Source: Octopus sinensis
Taxonomy: Eukaryota
Length of the DNA: 64,000 nucleotides
NCBI RefSeq assembly: GCF_006345805.1
Contig: NC_043022.1
Location: 744,001-808,000, forward strand
Direction: 5' to 3'
Part shown: positions 27,597 through 41,227 of the stretch, piece by piece
How the letters are laid out: the number at the start of each line of letters is the position of its first letter
Numbering within the stretch: position 1 is the first letter of the stretch
Made by a program: the position numbers and the translations under genes
Notes under the pieces: model-generated
What the model was told of the DNA's origin: nothing
Databases searched by the model: none
What the model saw: only the letters and a program-made list of their open reading frames with translations

Positions 27597-29099
27597 CATA
27601 CATACACACACAAACCCTGCCGTTCAACCATCACCACCATTTCCAGTCGGAAATAATAGAAAAATATATTTGATAAATTGTATCATAAGAGTTGGTATTT
27701 TTACATTAAATTTATTGCAGATAATAACATTTTTTTTCTGTCAAATGAAATTGGCAATGAATTATGATTTAATAATATTTATTTTCCTAACTTCCTCCTT
27801 CTCCCCCCCCTCTCCTCCCTCTCTCCCTCATGCAGAGCCACCGGCACCACCACTCATCACCTTCAGACAGCTGTTTCATCAGGAGTCTAATTTATGATGG
27901 TTTGCCACAGGGGTTACGCAAAGCCAAGATGAAAGACGGCTTAGATATCTATCTTCTTTGTCAGAGTCTTGAAATTTCCGTAGCAGCAAAATACGTTTCA
28001 ATAAGCGATGTGATTCATGGCGAACTTTCCTCCCCACCAAAACGGAATTTAGTGACTTGCAGTCAGATGTCGTATGTTTCTCAGACTGGAATCTGTTTAA
28101 AAATGTGGCACACACAGTTACTGTGGACCAGGGGAGAGGGGAAAGAAATAGCAGGGTTGTAGGTAAAGTTGATTGATTGTTTTTGAAGAAGAAACGTTTT
28201 TCATGCACTTTTGAGAGGATAGTGTGGTAGATGTGTGTATTGAGTGTGCAAAAATGTAGCCTTCTCACCAACAGAACAAGCAGCCATCCTGTTTTGGTTT
28301 TTGTCATGTCCCGGCAGCTAATGTTTGAGTTTCTCAGTTCTTATCAAGAAGACAACATCCACTTTGAAAGTAGATAAGTGCATAGCTGTGGGTTTGTCTT
28401 GGCAAATAGACAGTATTTTGGTTCTTATGATAAGAGAGGGAAAGAAAGAGACGGAGGGGAGAGAGAGAGAGCGGGAGCTGAGAGCCGTGTAATTTGACTG
28501 CTACAGAGGGCAGGCTATTTTATTTTCAAGCAAATCTGTCATAACAGATACAAAACTTGAATTTGTGTTTGTTAGGAAACCAAAAGCCACCAGGGTTATT
28601 TTAATTATGCCAGGGTTTCTCTCTAAACTAGATTTTGCTAATGAAGAGATTTGGGGCAAAGAGATAGTAGTGTAGGCCTAACAACAACAACAACTTCAGG
28701 ACACGTAGTAATAATAATAATAATAATAATAATAATGTTCATCTTGTGAAATAACTAACATGTTAAGAACACCATAGTGACTATGGAACACTGCTCTAAA
28801 CATCATCACTACTCTCTCACTGGCTTCAGTCACTGGATGGTGGCCATGCTGGGGCACCACTTTGGAGAGTTTTTAGTCTATCGTAGTGAAGGCACATGGC
28901 TTAAATGGTTAGAGTATTTGGCTAATGATCATGAGGTGGTGAGTTCAATTCCTGGCAATACATTGTGGAGTGTTCAGCCACTTGCATGCTAATTTCACGA
29001 GCAGGCTGTTCCATGGATCGGATCAGCTGGAACACTCACCATCATAACTGACAGTACCAGCTGGTCAATCGTATCCATCCACCCATCTTCTCTGCCCAC

Positions 29100-29960
29100 T
29101 ATACCTGGGTGAGTTATTGGGGTAGAGTCCTCAAGCACCTCCTCAATACGGTCCTATTAGAAGCAACAGTCATTACACTTTCTAGATGGATTCCCAAGCA
29201 TGACCAACTCAGACTATGGACATCATCCAACCATCTCATTCTTGTTCTATCACTAGGTCTCCTGCCAGGTGTTGGGGTAGAATCCTTAGGCACTTCCTTC
29301 ATGGGATCCTATCATAAGCATCCATCATTACACTTTCTGGCTGGATTCCCAAGCATGACCAACTCAGACTATGGATATCATCCAACTATCTCATTCTTGG
29401 TCTCCCCTTAGGTCTGCTGCTGAAAGGTCTACCCCTAGGTCACCTTCTTGGCTTGGCTTGAAGAATCAGTCTTGCAATTCTTTCCTGTAACATTCTAACC
29501 ACATATCCATAATACCAGAGCTGTGACCTCTCAATGCAGAGAAGCAGCAGCTCAGCCTGAAGAGATTCCCTGATCTCCAAGACATGCACCCTGTCAAATA
29601 ATGTTACTCTAGGAATCCTTCAGAGAACCCCCATTTCGACCACTTCTACTCTGGTAATCAGTTATTTACTAGATCAAGAATTTCTTGGCATTCCTTACAC
29701 CCATCTTCCATTCTTCTCTGTCATCCAGGACAGTTCTTAAATCTCTTGGACAGTATGTCCAGTGTCCTTTAGCCATTGGTTGACGTAGTTTCTCACGGCT
29801 CTACTTCTTCTACATTTACCAGAAGAAGGTTGCCACACGAGTTTCAGCCCCTGATTTTTTCCCTTGTTGCACCAGCAGTGACCAGTTAATCCCTGCCTGT
29901 GCTTCCATATTGTCTCTGTGATATACGTGATGTCTTGGTCTGGTTGTTTGTTAGTCATGC
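29100..29960 (-). mobile_element. RTE-clade LINE 3' fragment (Expander/Rex3-like ORF C-terminus), degraded, with a duplicated terminal segment
   Basis: Minus-strand remnants ...ESLQAELLLLCIERSQLWYYGYVVRM... and GRRPSDRTRMRWLDDVHSLSWSCLGIHLESV resemble the RTE consensus EPLLLHIERSQLRWFGHLVRM...GRRPRGRPRTRWRDYISRLAWERLGIPPEEL (recalled). Confidence 0.8.
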
Positions 29961-30239
29961 GATGACCCAGGTCCAGAAAAGAATCTTATCTATCAAGATC
30001 AAGGCTAATAAAATGAACCATCAGTCAAGCACTGGAGGAGGGGGGGATTCATTTGGGTCAACTCATCCCTCCCCTCAAAATTACTGACCTTGTGCCCTAA
30101 ATTAGATTTATTTATGGACGTGATAAAGTTATTGTTTTGATGTAAACTGACACAACTCGAAACTGGTTTACATTGATAGACACAAACACAAATTCACACA
30201 TACCATGCATTATTCTGGATATGCTCTCGCAATCAAATA

Positions 30240-30579
30240 CCGTATTTTAATGTGTATAAGAAACCCCCTAATTTGGGGGGCTTAAAATTTGGAAAAAAAG
30301 GTTTTGTAAGGAACTATAATACTATCACAAAGTGACGAAAATATTTTGACAAATTAAATTTAAATGTTGAAGTGAATCTAACGGTTTTTGTGTTTCATAA
30401 ATGGCTTATAAACACCTTCCACGCTGCAATTGTTTTCGTTCCAGCACACAATCTTAGATCAAGTTACTCGCTATGCAAGTACATCTCCGTAATATAATAC
30501 TATCCATGTATAAGAAACTCCCATATTTTTTAACCTAATTTTGGACAAAAAGTGGTTCCTTATACATGTTAAAATACAG
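30240..30579. mobile_element. Tc1/mariner-superfamily (pogo/Tc2-like) MITE
   Basis: TA|CCGTATTTTAATGTGTATAAG ... CTTATACATGTTAAAATACAG|TA: 21-bp TIRs with 18/21 match and a TA TSD. Confidence 0.8.
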
Positions 30580-32260
30580 TAATTTGAGAATGAAACAAAA
30601 TGAGCAACACGATCGCAGAATACTGGAAACACAAGTTCTGCTCAGCCAAACATGTCACATGGTTCATAGACAACAGGTGGACTTGTGCAGTTGCCAAGTG
30701 ATATCCAAGAGGTCAGAAGGTCTCCATAACAATGTGAAGATTATTTAGATAAATGATTTGGGAGAAGACAGAAATTAATACTGCGATCAAAAAAGAATTC
30801 TTTATTTTTTTTTATAGAAGAGATATTTTTTTTAACCACTGCAAAAGACTTCTTCAGTCTCCTGAGATTTTGGTGAATTTTTCCATTATTTGTTACTGTA
30901 AGAACTGCATCATGTATAGCTGTTGGTAGGGCTACATGTGCAAGAAATGTTGTGAGTAAATAGATCTGTTTTGTGCAGTAGAACGACGGACTTGTTTTAT
31001 TCTGTAATTGAGATAGGGAGATCTATTGCCTGTCACTGCAATTGCCACTTGCAGATGGAAGCTGTAATCATATATGGGTGGATTGACAGGTCAAAGTATT
31101 TCTCCATGTCAAGGTCAAACATGACCAACATACACAAACACAATATTGTAATTCCTTGCATAAAAGAAAAATAATAATAATAATGATAATCCTTTCTACA
31201 AAAGGCACAAGGCCTGAAATATGGGGGAGGGGGCTGATTGAATACATTGACCCCCAGTGTTTCACTGGAAGTTATTTTATCAACCCCAGAAGGATAAAAG
31301 GCAATTTTGACCTTGATGGAATTTGAACTCGGAATGTAAAGACAGATGAATTGCTGCTAAGCATTTTGCCCAGCGTGCTAATGATTCTGCCAGCTCATCG
31401 TCTTTAATAACAGCAATAATAATCATAATAATTATGACTTTGGCACAAGGCCAGCAATTAGGGGAGAGAGTAAGTTGATTACATCAACCCCAGTGCTCAA
31501 CTGGTTTTCATTTTATCAACTCCAAAAGGACAAAAGGCAAAGTTTACCTTGGCAGTATTTGAACTCGGATCATAAAGATGGACAAAATACCCCTAAGCAT
31601 TTTGTCTGGTGTGCTAAATGACCCTGTAATGATAATTCCTTCCACAATAGGCACAAGGCTTGGAATTTGGCAAGAGGAACTAGTCAATTACATTGACCCC
31701 CAAAAGAATGACAGACTAAGCTAATCTCAGTGGAATTTGAACTCAAAACATAAGGATTCAGAAGAAATGCTGCTAAGCACTTTGTTTGGCTTGGTAATAT
31801 AATCGTGATAATAATAAACCTTTGTACTAAAGGCACAGGGCCTGAAATTTTGGAGGAGGGGGCCTAGTCAATTACATTGACCCCAGTGTTTGACTGGTAC
31901 TTAATTCATTGACCCCCCAAAAGGATGAAAGGCAAAATCGACCTTGGTGCCATTTGAACTCAGAACATCAAAACAGACAAAATGCCGCTAAGCATTTTGC
32001 TCAGCGTGCTAATGATTCTGCCAGCTCACCGCCTTAACAATAATAATAAGGGCTTCTGGTTTAGATACAAGGTCAGCAATTTTGAGGCGATTGGGAAGGG
32101 GACCCCAGTACATAACTGGTACTTTATTCTATTGACCTTGAAAAGATGAAAGGCAAAATTGTCCTTGACAGGATTTGTTCTCAAAATGTAAAGCTTTAGA
32201 AAAAAGGCATTTTTTCCCCAACACTTGATTCACCCCCAGCCCACCTCACTACCCCATATG

Positions 32261-32302
<42 letters not shown>

Positions 32303-33167
32303 GTAATGATAATAAAGAATGGATTGCCGAATTGGTAGAGTGCCAAACAGTGTACTGTGTAGTATTTAGTTTGGTCCCTTTATGTTCTCCTCTGTATGTG
32401 TGTGTAATGTTCTGTCTATTCAAATCCTTATTTACAGTGTGTATATAAAAATATAAAAATGTGTGTGTAGAGAGATCTATTTCAATGGAAGTGTCTGTTT
32501 GCTTGTTTAGCTTAAGTTGCACTCTTGTTTATAATCCATGGCTACATGTATCATATTCTTTAAATGGTGTTGTTTGTATGTGTTTGTGTGTGTGTACGTG
32601 CATGCGTGTATGTGTGTGTATATACACATATGTATATAGGAGTATATGTAAATATGTGTGCATTTTTGAATTTGTAAAAATACAAATATGTGTGTGTAAA
32701 TGTATATCTTTCAGTATGCGTGTATATGTAGTCATGCATGTGTATATATGTACCTATATATGAATATCTGTGCATGTGTGTGTATATATGTGTGTGTGTG
32801 TGTATATATATATAGTACCGCCAGACTGGCCCTCATGCTGGTGGAATGTAAAAACACCCACTACACTCTCGGAGTGGTTGGCGTTAGGAAGGGCATCCAG
32901 CTGTAGAAACTCTACCAGATCAGATTGGAGCCTGGTGCTGAAGCAACCATCTGGTTCGCCAGTCATATATAGATAGATAGATAGATAGATACAAACACAC
33001 ACACAAATATGTATGCATTTATGTATATGTATGCGTGTGTATGATGTTAAGTATATGTGTGTGTGTATGATGTTTTGTTTAAGCATAACAATACTGATGA
33101 CCAAGGGTCAGCTCAATACACATAGGCTTCAGAATAAGACATTAGTGAAGTCAGAGCACAATATGGT

Positions 33168-33319
33168 ATTAAATAAATGACAAGGGAACAGGAATTGCAC
33201 AATCAATTTCATTGGCTTACAGCTGTTTCTGCTATAAGATACATTGCACTTGGAACTGAAACAGCTGTAAGCCGATGAAATTAATTACACAATTCCTGTT
33301 CCCTTGTCATTTATTTAAT
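33168..33319. repeat. Inverted pair of family C (hammerhead-bearing) repeat halves forming a 62-bp hairpin
   Basis: Arms 33168-33229 and 33258-33319 match at 57/62; each carries GAAACAGCTGTAAGCC. Confidence 0.85.
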
Positions 33320-35865
33320 GAAATATATACGTCACATAATCAACTAGACTATCAGATACATTACTGTACATTACTGGTCACAATGCACTTTGCATCGTTT
33401 TAGCTTTTGATTGCTGCCACCCCACTGGCTGGGCAAGCTGGCCAATGTTGCCCCCGATCATAAGGCCATTCTATCACAGGGTAAGCCATTTACAGCTGAG
33501 TGGACTGGACCAACATGAAATGGAGTGTTTTGCTCCAGAACACAATGTGCAGCTAGTCTGAAATTTGAAACCATGATCTCGGGATTGCCAGTGCAACATA
33601 CCTGGATGCTAGGCCATTCAACACATTTATTAAATGTTACATGTATGATTTAAAACTGTTTGATTCAGTTCTGTGCTACTTCAAGTTTCACAGGGCCCAG
33701 GCAGGAGCCCGACTCCTTCAGGCCCCTTGAATGCCAAATGGAGAGATCCAGGAAATGCAAGATGGCTACCAGAAGGTAGCTAGAGAGAGCAGCACAGAAC
33801 TGAACCAAACTTTTTAAAAATGTGTGTGCGTGTGTATTCTTTTACTTGTTTCATTCATTTGACTGCAGCCATGCTGGAGCACTGCCTTTAGTCAAACAAA
33901 CTCATCCCAGGACTTAGTCTTTTTAAGCCTAGTATTTTTTCTATCGGTCCCTTTTGCCAAACTGCTAAGTTGCTGTAATGTAAACACACCAACATCAGTT
34001 GTCATGTGATGGTGGGGGAACAAGCATATGCATAAACATATATGTATATATGACGGGCTTCTTTCAGTTTCCATCTACCAAATCTACTCACAAGGCTATA
34101 GTAGAAGACATTTGCCCAAGGTGCTACACAGTGGGGCTGAACCCCCAGAACCATGTGGTTAGGGAGCAAGCTTCTTACCACAAAGCCAGAGTGACTCAAA
34201 GTCTGAGAGTTTCATGCATTGGTGTATGTGTGTGCATGTGTACACTCACATATGCATTTTTCCATGCTGGCATGTGTTGGACAGGTCTCACTGTCTTGGC
34301 AGTCTCCACAGTTCCTGTCTTCTAACACTCACATCCAAACAAAAGCATGCTGTGTGTGGCTTGCAGCATGGTGTGTGTGTGTGTGCACTTTATTGCACCA
34401 CCAACACTGCACCTTTTCACGTACTAATTAAGACAATCTCGAAATTAAGATAAGTTATGAAGCAAATCGAAATAGTTTCAAAGCAATTTCAAATAATCTC
34501 TAAACAAAGTGTGTAATAAATTAGCGTTTAATTTCCATTGACAATATTTCTTTTAAAAGTTATCTAAAAACAGAAGCAAACATCTTTCATGGATTTATGG
34601 ATCTCAATTGTTTTTCAAAATTCAGACTACTTACTTTGGCTATAAATGCACTTGTGTGTATGATTAACAAAAATTACACACACACACACACATATATATG
34701 TATATGCCATACACACACACACTCGTACACATGTATCTACATCAAATTTGATAAGTGCCAATACACCAAACTCTCGTCCCTTGAGTCACTGAAAGATTGG
34801 CGTATTTTAGGAATATTCCTGTTCAAGTATCATGATAGCATGAAACTGTTAGTAGCTCTTTCAGTTGTCTATTTAAAGTGATATATATACGTATGTATGT
34901 ATGTGTCTATATGTATATATATATGTGTATGTATTTGTATGTGTGTATGTATGTATATATATATATACACACACACACACACATGTTTTGGGTTGTATTT
35001 TTCTTGTTTGCATCACCAAATATATACATACATACATATATACATACATATATATATAATGAAGATAATTAAAATCACCTCATAAAATCTACAAACATAC
35101 ACAGTTACATACACATGTACAAGCTTCACAAGTGCAGGCCAATAAATCCATCAGCACCTCCCTTTCCTGATTAAAACAACAACAAAAAACACTTCACAGA
35201 TGGTAAAAAGTAGACATCTCACCAACACCCACCCACCCCCACCCCCACCCTCCTATCTCTGGTGGGAGTTTTATGAGGGTAAATGACTTCCTGTAAGCAT
35301 TCCAGGAGTATCACTTTTCAGCCATTACTCTATGTTTGGAAACAAAGCTGCCAAGATTAAGTTGGATGAGGGCTGATGAGGTTTCAACTCCCTCGCCAGA
35401 CTCTGGTGTTGCTGTGTACTAAGATGCTTGCTTCCCGACCACGTGGTACCTTGGCCAAGTATCTTCTACTGACGCCCACCCTGCGGGCGTGGTCCCATGG
35501 ATTTTTCAAAGAGACCGCACAAGGTTAGAAGGTAATACAATTCCAGGAAAAAAGGGGGTAATAACATTATTTAGGAGAACGCACTTCTTTTCTTGAGGAG
35601 AGTGGGGGGGGGCATATGCCCCTCAGCTCTCACTCCTCCCCTCTTGAGTCCACACCTGTCCTGAGCCAGCCAAAACTTTGTGGGTGGATTTGGTAGATGG
35701 AAACTGAAAGAAGCCTGTCATATATGTTGTGTGTGTAGGTGTCTGTCTTTGTGTTTGTCCACCACCACCACACAACTGCTCTCAGTCATCCCCATAACTT
35801 AGCAAAAAGAGACTGATAAAATAAGTGCCAGGTTTTTTATATATGTGTGTGTGTGTGTGTGTGTA

Positions 35866-36175
35866 TGGAGGCGCAATGGCCCAGTGGTTAGGGCAGTAGA
35901 CTCACGGTCAGGGGATCGCAGTTTTGATTCCCAGAACGGGCGTTGTTTGTGTTTATTGAGCGAAAACACCTAAAGTTCCATGAGGCTCCAGCAGGGGGTG
36001 GTGGTGACCTCTGTTGTAGTCTTTCGCCACAACTTTCTCTCACTCTCTCTTCTTGTTTCTTCAGTAACGCTACGATGGACTGGCATCCCGTCCAGCTGGG
36101 GGGGAACACATACGCCACAGAAACCGGGCCCATGAGCCTGACTAAGCTTGGAAAGGGGCGACCAAAGAGAAATAG
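35866..36175 (+). mobile_element. tRNA-derived SINE (second copy 53878-54190, fragment 39643-39720)
   Basis: Head GGAGGCGCAATGGCCCAGTGGTTAGGGCAG...TTTTGATTCCC has an A box and a degenerate B box; the ~300-bp body is shared with the 53878 copy. Confidence 0.85.
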
Positions 36176-38126
36176 ATATATATAAATGAGTACTGGGGTT
36201 GATTTGTTCAACTAAATCAGTGGGTTCTCAACCAGGGTCTATATAAGATTTTGTGGGGTCCACACAGTGAAATACTAAATTGGGGATCTACAATAGCTCT
36301 TTAAGGGCCCTTGAAAAAGTTTTGTTTTAAATGTATGTATTGGTATGTATTGCAAGAAACAGTTAAGTTTCTTTCTCTAACATGTTACAAAGTTCAACCA
36401 TCACAAGTTAAGTAGAGGCACGTGGCTTAGTGGTTAGGGTGTGGAACTCATGATTGTAGGATTGTGGTTTCAGTTTCTGGACCTGGCAACACATTGTGTT
36501 CTTGAGCAAGACACTTCCATTTCATCTTGCTCCAGTGTCCCAGCCAGGTGGGAAATTTATATGCCATGTCAACCAAGAAACCGGCCTAAATTCAGCTGAA
36601 TGCAACCAGTGACTCTCTCTCGCTTCTCTCTCCCTCCTCCTTCTACCACCAAAGAACTAACCTTTTAATTATGGAAATATTAATTACCCTGTAAAGACCC
36701 ATAGCTCAGTGGGTAGAGTGTCAAGCTTACAAGCGTGAGGTTGCAAGTTCGATTCCCGGACCTGGCCTTGTGTTGTGTTCTTGAGCAAGACACTTTATTC
36801 CACGTTGCTCCAGTTCAATCAGCTGTAGAAATGAGTTGTGACATCACTGGTGCCAAGCTGTATTGCCCCTTTGCCTTTCCCTTGGATAACCTCAGTGGCG
36901 TGAAGATGGGAGTCTGGTATGCATGGGTGACTGCTGCTCTTGCATAAACAACCTTGCCCAGACTTATGCCTTCAAGGGGAACTTCCTAGGTGCAATCACA
37001 TGGTCATTTGTGACCAACAAGTTATTTATCTGTTTTGACGTCTACAGAAATCTGTCTGGTTTTATTATAACGAGATGATGTGATTAGCTGTGGAAATACA
37101 GCCAAATTCTTAGTTGTGGAGCTTGTACAGGGTGTTTAGACAAGTTTTTGTGATGTAACATCTGCTGTTACAGTGTCTGAGATGTGGTATTATATGTAAC
37201 GTTGGCTACTGTTACAGTGTTTGTGGTGTAACATGTCACAGATTATCAGCGATAGGCCCCCATGCCGGTGGCACATAAAAGCACCCACTACACTCTCGGA
37301 GTGGTTGGCGTTAGGAAGGGCATCCAGCTGTAGAAACTCTGCCAGATCAAGATTGAGGCCTGGTGCAGCCATCTGGTTCACCAGCCCTCAGTCAATTGTC
37401 CAACCCATGCTAGCATGGAAAGCAGACGTTAAACGATGATGATGTGTGTCTGTGTTTGTTGCCCTCCTACTTCACACCTGGTGTTGGTTTGTTTACCACC
37501 TCATAACTTAACAGTTCAACTAAAGAGACCAATTAAATAAGCACCATACTTAAAAACAAGTACAAGGGTTGGGCTTTTCTACTTAAACCCTTCAAGGAGG
37601 TGCCCCAGCATGGCCGTGGTCCAATAACTGAAACAAGTGTAAAGATAAATGATAAAAGATCTGTAAACAATGATGGAAGGTAGTCTCAGCCTTGAATAAA
37701 GAAATATGCTCTACTCCATGTATTGAGTACTTTGTCTACTTGTTAGTCAATCTAAACTCAAAATAAAACACCAATAAAATGCTTACCTTGTCTACCAAAT
37801 CTGAAGAGATTCAAGTTTTACATCCTTCTTTGAAAATCTTTATCTGTTGGCCACGAGTATTCTTAGCCTGTTGCTGTACTAATGGACACATTTGTCTCTC
37901 TCTCTCTCTCTCTTTATAGTCAAGGACACCATTGTTTCTCTCTCTCACACACACAAAAACGCACATTCACAGATAAACACGTACATATATACATACATAG
38001 ATATACACACTCACATATATGTATTCATACATAAGTTATTTTTATTAATAACCAGCTGAAGTTAGAATGACTCTCGGCCCTTGAGCCACTCTAACTTATT
38101 ATGCTGATTAATATTTTTTTAAATAA

Positions 38127-38157
<31 letters not shown>

Positions 38158-38431
38158 CTCGTGTTTTGAGTCCTTTCCTGTTTGCATCACCAAATCCACA
38201 CACATCAGTGTTTTGTGGTTGATTCAGAATAAATAAATTAAGCTGATAACCATTTTCATTCTAAATTCCTTTTACATTTTTCTTTTTTTTTTCTTTTTAG
38301 ATTCTATATCTTTTGTCTTTTCTTGCAAAATTCATTGAATCTTAACTTTTTTCTTTCTTTTTTTTTTCGACATAGAAAAGCTTTCTTTTCTTTCTAAATC
38401 TATTCTTTTTCTCTCTGTCCTCTCTGTCCAG

Positions 38432-38518
38432 GAATACACAAAAACAGCCATCAATAATGTGCAAGATGCCCTTACTAAAGCAAGAAAAACTAAACAGCTT
38501 GGAAACCACATTTTTAAT
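38432..38518 (+). CDS. GRK2: GRK2/3-family kinase, exon equivalent to GRK2 exon 5: EYTKTAINNVQDALTKARKTKQLGNHIFN
   Basis: Long pyrimidine tract ending CAG at 38431, GTAAGT donor at 38519. 87 nt, phase 0/0. Aligns with [25 protein letters not shown] with a 4-aa insertion. Confidence 0.92.
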
Positions 38519-38844
38519 GTAAGTATTTCGCTTTTTTTCTCCATTGCTATCAAACTGTTTATTTTCAAAAAAATTATCACAGTTTTCTTTTTTCTTTCTT
38601 TCCCTCCGACACTTCTGAGATATTTGTATTCCATTTGTTTATCTTAGCTTTTTCGGCACACATTTTCAACAATGCAACCACAGTCTGTCGGGCATCAAGT
38701 CCTGCACCAATGATGGCTTAAGTGTTTAACATCCAGAGGTTTATTCACCTCAAGGAGTCGATGATATGATTGTTTACTTCTAGAATGACATTTTAGGATA
38801 GGTGTGAGATGTCGGACTTGCCCAGATTGAACATAAAATGTGTA

Positions 38845-38903
<59 letters not shown>

Positions 38904-39030
38904 AACACATGCACATACATAAATAAGTAACAATTGAAGGACAGGTGTCAATTCATTATGGCCATTTCTAATGATGCCTTTAATTGATTAACAAGTACAT
39001 TATATCAATTATATCATTATAAAGAAACCG

Positions 39031-39082
<52 letters not shown>

Positions 39083-39086
39083 GAGA

Positions 39087-39435
39087 AGGCGCGTGGCTCA
39101 GTGGTTAGAGCGTCGAGCTTACGATCGTGAGGTTGTGAGCTCGAATCCCGGACCAGGCTGCGTGTTGTGTTCTTGAGCAAGACACTTTATTTCACGTTGC
39201 TCCAGTTCACTCAGCTGTAGAAATGAGTTGTGAAGTCACTGGTGCCGAGCTGTATCAGCCCCTTTGCCTTTTCCTTGGATTACATCGGTGGTGTGGAGAG
39301 AGGAGGCTGGTATGCATGGGCGACTACTGGTCTTCCATAAAAAAAAAAAAAACCTTGCCCAGACTTGTGCCTCAGAGGGTAACTCTCTAGGTGCAAACCC
39401 ATGGTCACTCATGACCGAAGGGGGTCTTTACTCTT
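39087..39435 (+). mobile_element. tRNA-derived SINE with a CORE/Meta-like body, full length with 14-bp TSD (others 13515-13815, 36700-37020, 50126-50444)
   Basis: Head AGGCGCGTGGCTCAGTGGTTAGAGCG...CTCGAATCCCGG, body GTGTTCTTGAGCAAGACACTTTA...CAGCTGTAGAAATGAG. TATATACAGAGAGA is duplicated at 39073-39086 and 39436-39449. Confidence 0.9.
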
Positions 39436-40709
39436 TATATACAGAGAGAGACAGACAGACCAAGAGAGTGCTTCTTTTTTGGATATATGAACTACTGACA
39501 AGATATATATAAAACTAATGTATCAACCCTTTAGCATATAGGTGTGAGACACCAGGTCTGGCTGGTTTCAGCATACAGCAGGTTAAATATTTGGGCCAGA
39601 TATGGCCTGCTTAAATATTCGTGGGCTAAGCATTTGGAATGTGGAGGCACATGGCCTAGTGGTTAGGGCAGCAAACTCATTGGGTTCGATCTCAGACCAG
39701 ACAATGTGTGGGCCTTGAGAAGGAACAAATAACAAACGTTTGGAATGAGTTGTGTTTAGTAGGATTATTAATAATTTTGTGAGAATTCTGGTTTATAGTT
39801 AAAAAGATTTAATACTACCAATTCCTCTAAAGACGTTTAGACGTATCTGGTTCAACCTGCCAGATCCCCCACCTTTTAAAATGGTGAGTTAAGTAATCGG
39901 CTGTTGTTAGTAACCCTTGTTATTTGAAATAATCAGCATTTAATTAGCAGCCTTTGTTAAGTAATGCAGTCAGGTTAGCAACACTATTGAATTAAACTAA
40001 GCATTTGGTCGAGGGAACCTTGGTCGTTGAAGCTTTAACCAGTTAGCAAATGGGGTTAGTTAAAAATAACCAATTAGCAACCTTCGTTGCTAACTGGTTC
40101 ATTCAATTAACTGGGATTGCCAAAATTATTATTTCATCTAATTAGTATTGCTAATATTACTTCTCCTCATTAGATTGCCTAACTGCTTATCTCAGTTAAT
40201 TAGGGTTGCTAACTGGTCACTTCATTATTTCAAAAACCATGGTTGCTAACTGCTTATTGGCATTGTGCTTGTCTTTACATCCTGAGTTCAAATTCTACCA
40301 AGGCCATCCTTTTGGGGGTCAATAAAATAAGTACCAGTTGAGCATTGGCGGGGGTCAATGCAATTGACTTACTCCCCTCCCCATAGCCTCCTGGCCTTTT
40401 GCCAAAATTTGAAGCCAATATACCAACCAATCATGTTTGCTGATTATCGTGTCAGATGACTGTGATTGTTAACTGATTATTCTAATTAATCAGTCATTTC
40501 GACTAACCAGTTTAATTTGCAGATTTTGTTTCATATAGTTGTTTGACTTGTTAGAAATAGCAGCCAAATCTTGTGCAAATTGAAGACCCATTTGACTGAT
40601 TGTCTTTAACCCTTTTGTTACCATATTTCTGTTGAGATGCTCTGTGTTTCTTTCAACTAATTTGAAATATAACAAAGAATTTAGTAAAATAACTTATCAT
40701 TAAGCTAGT

Positions 40710-41227
40710 ACATTACATTCGACAGATATTTGTCATCTTGTTTGTTGTTAACACAACATTTCGGCTGATATACCCTCCAGCCTCCATCAGGTGTCTTGGG
40801 GAAATTTCGACCCTGGGTTCCCATTCCTAAAGTATTTTTCCAATGTTTTTCGATATTATTATTATTATTATATTATTATTATTCAGGTCACTGCCTGGAA
40901 TCAAACTTGGAATCTTGGCGTTAGTAGCCTGCGCTCTTAACATATGCCCATCAGCATATGGCATAGTGGTTAAGAGCATGGGCTACTAACCCCAAGATTC
41001 CGAGTTCAATTCCAGGCAGTAACCTGAATAATAATAATGATAATAATAATAATAATAACATCGAAAAATACTTTAGGAATGAGAACCCAGGTTTGAAATT
41101 TCCCCAAGACACCTGATGAAGGCTGGAGGGTATATCAGCCGAAACGTTAATAACAAACAAGATGAGGACAAATATCCGTCAAACGTAAATAATGGACATA
41201 ATTCCTCATCTCTTAAATATAGAACTG
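40710..41227. mobile_element. Head-to-head palindromic element: tRNA-like head + (AAT)n + hammerhead-bearing tail (family A), inserted as one unit
   Basis: The arms are reverse complements about ~40950. CATTAAGCTAGT is duplicated at 40698-40709 and 41228-41239. The + arm has A box TGGCATAGTGG and B box GAGTTCAATTCC. Confidence 0.85.
41108..41148 (+). ncRNA. Hammerhead motif, family A (core intact, stem I 3' strand deleted in this copy)
   Basis: GACAC-CTGATGA-A-GGCTG-GAGGGTATAT-CAGCC-GAAAC-GTT. The sister arm (minus, ~40749-40795) retains the GTGTT that pairs with GACAC. Confidence 0.65.

Noticed and set aside
35866-39160. Apparent tRNA genes at 35866, 39087 and similar sites (40955, 50126, 53878)
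   Set aside because: They are A/B-box heads of SINEs that continue into repeat bodies; no complete cloverleaf was seen.
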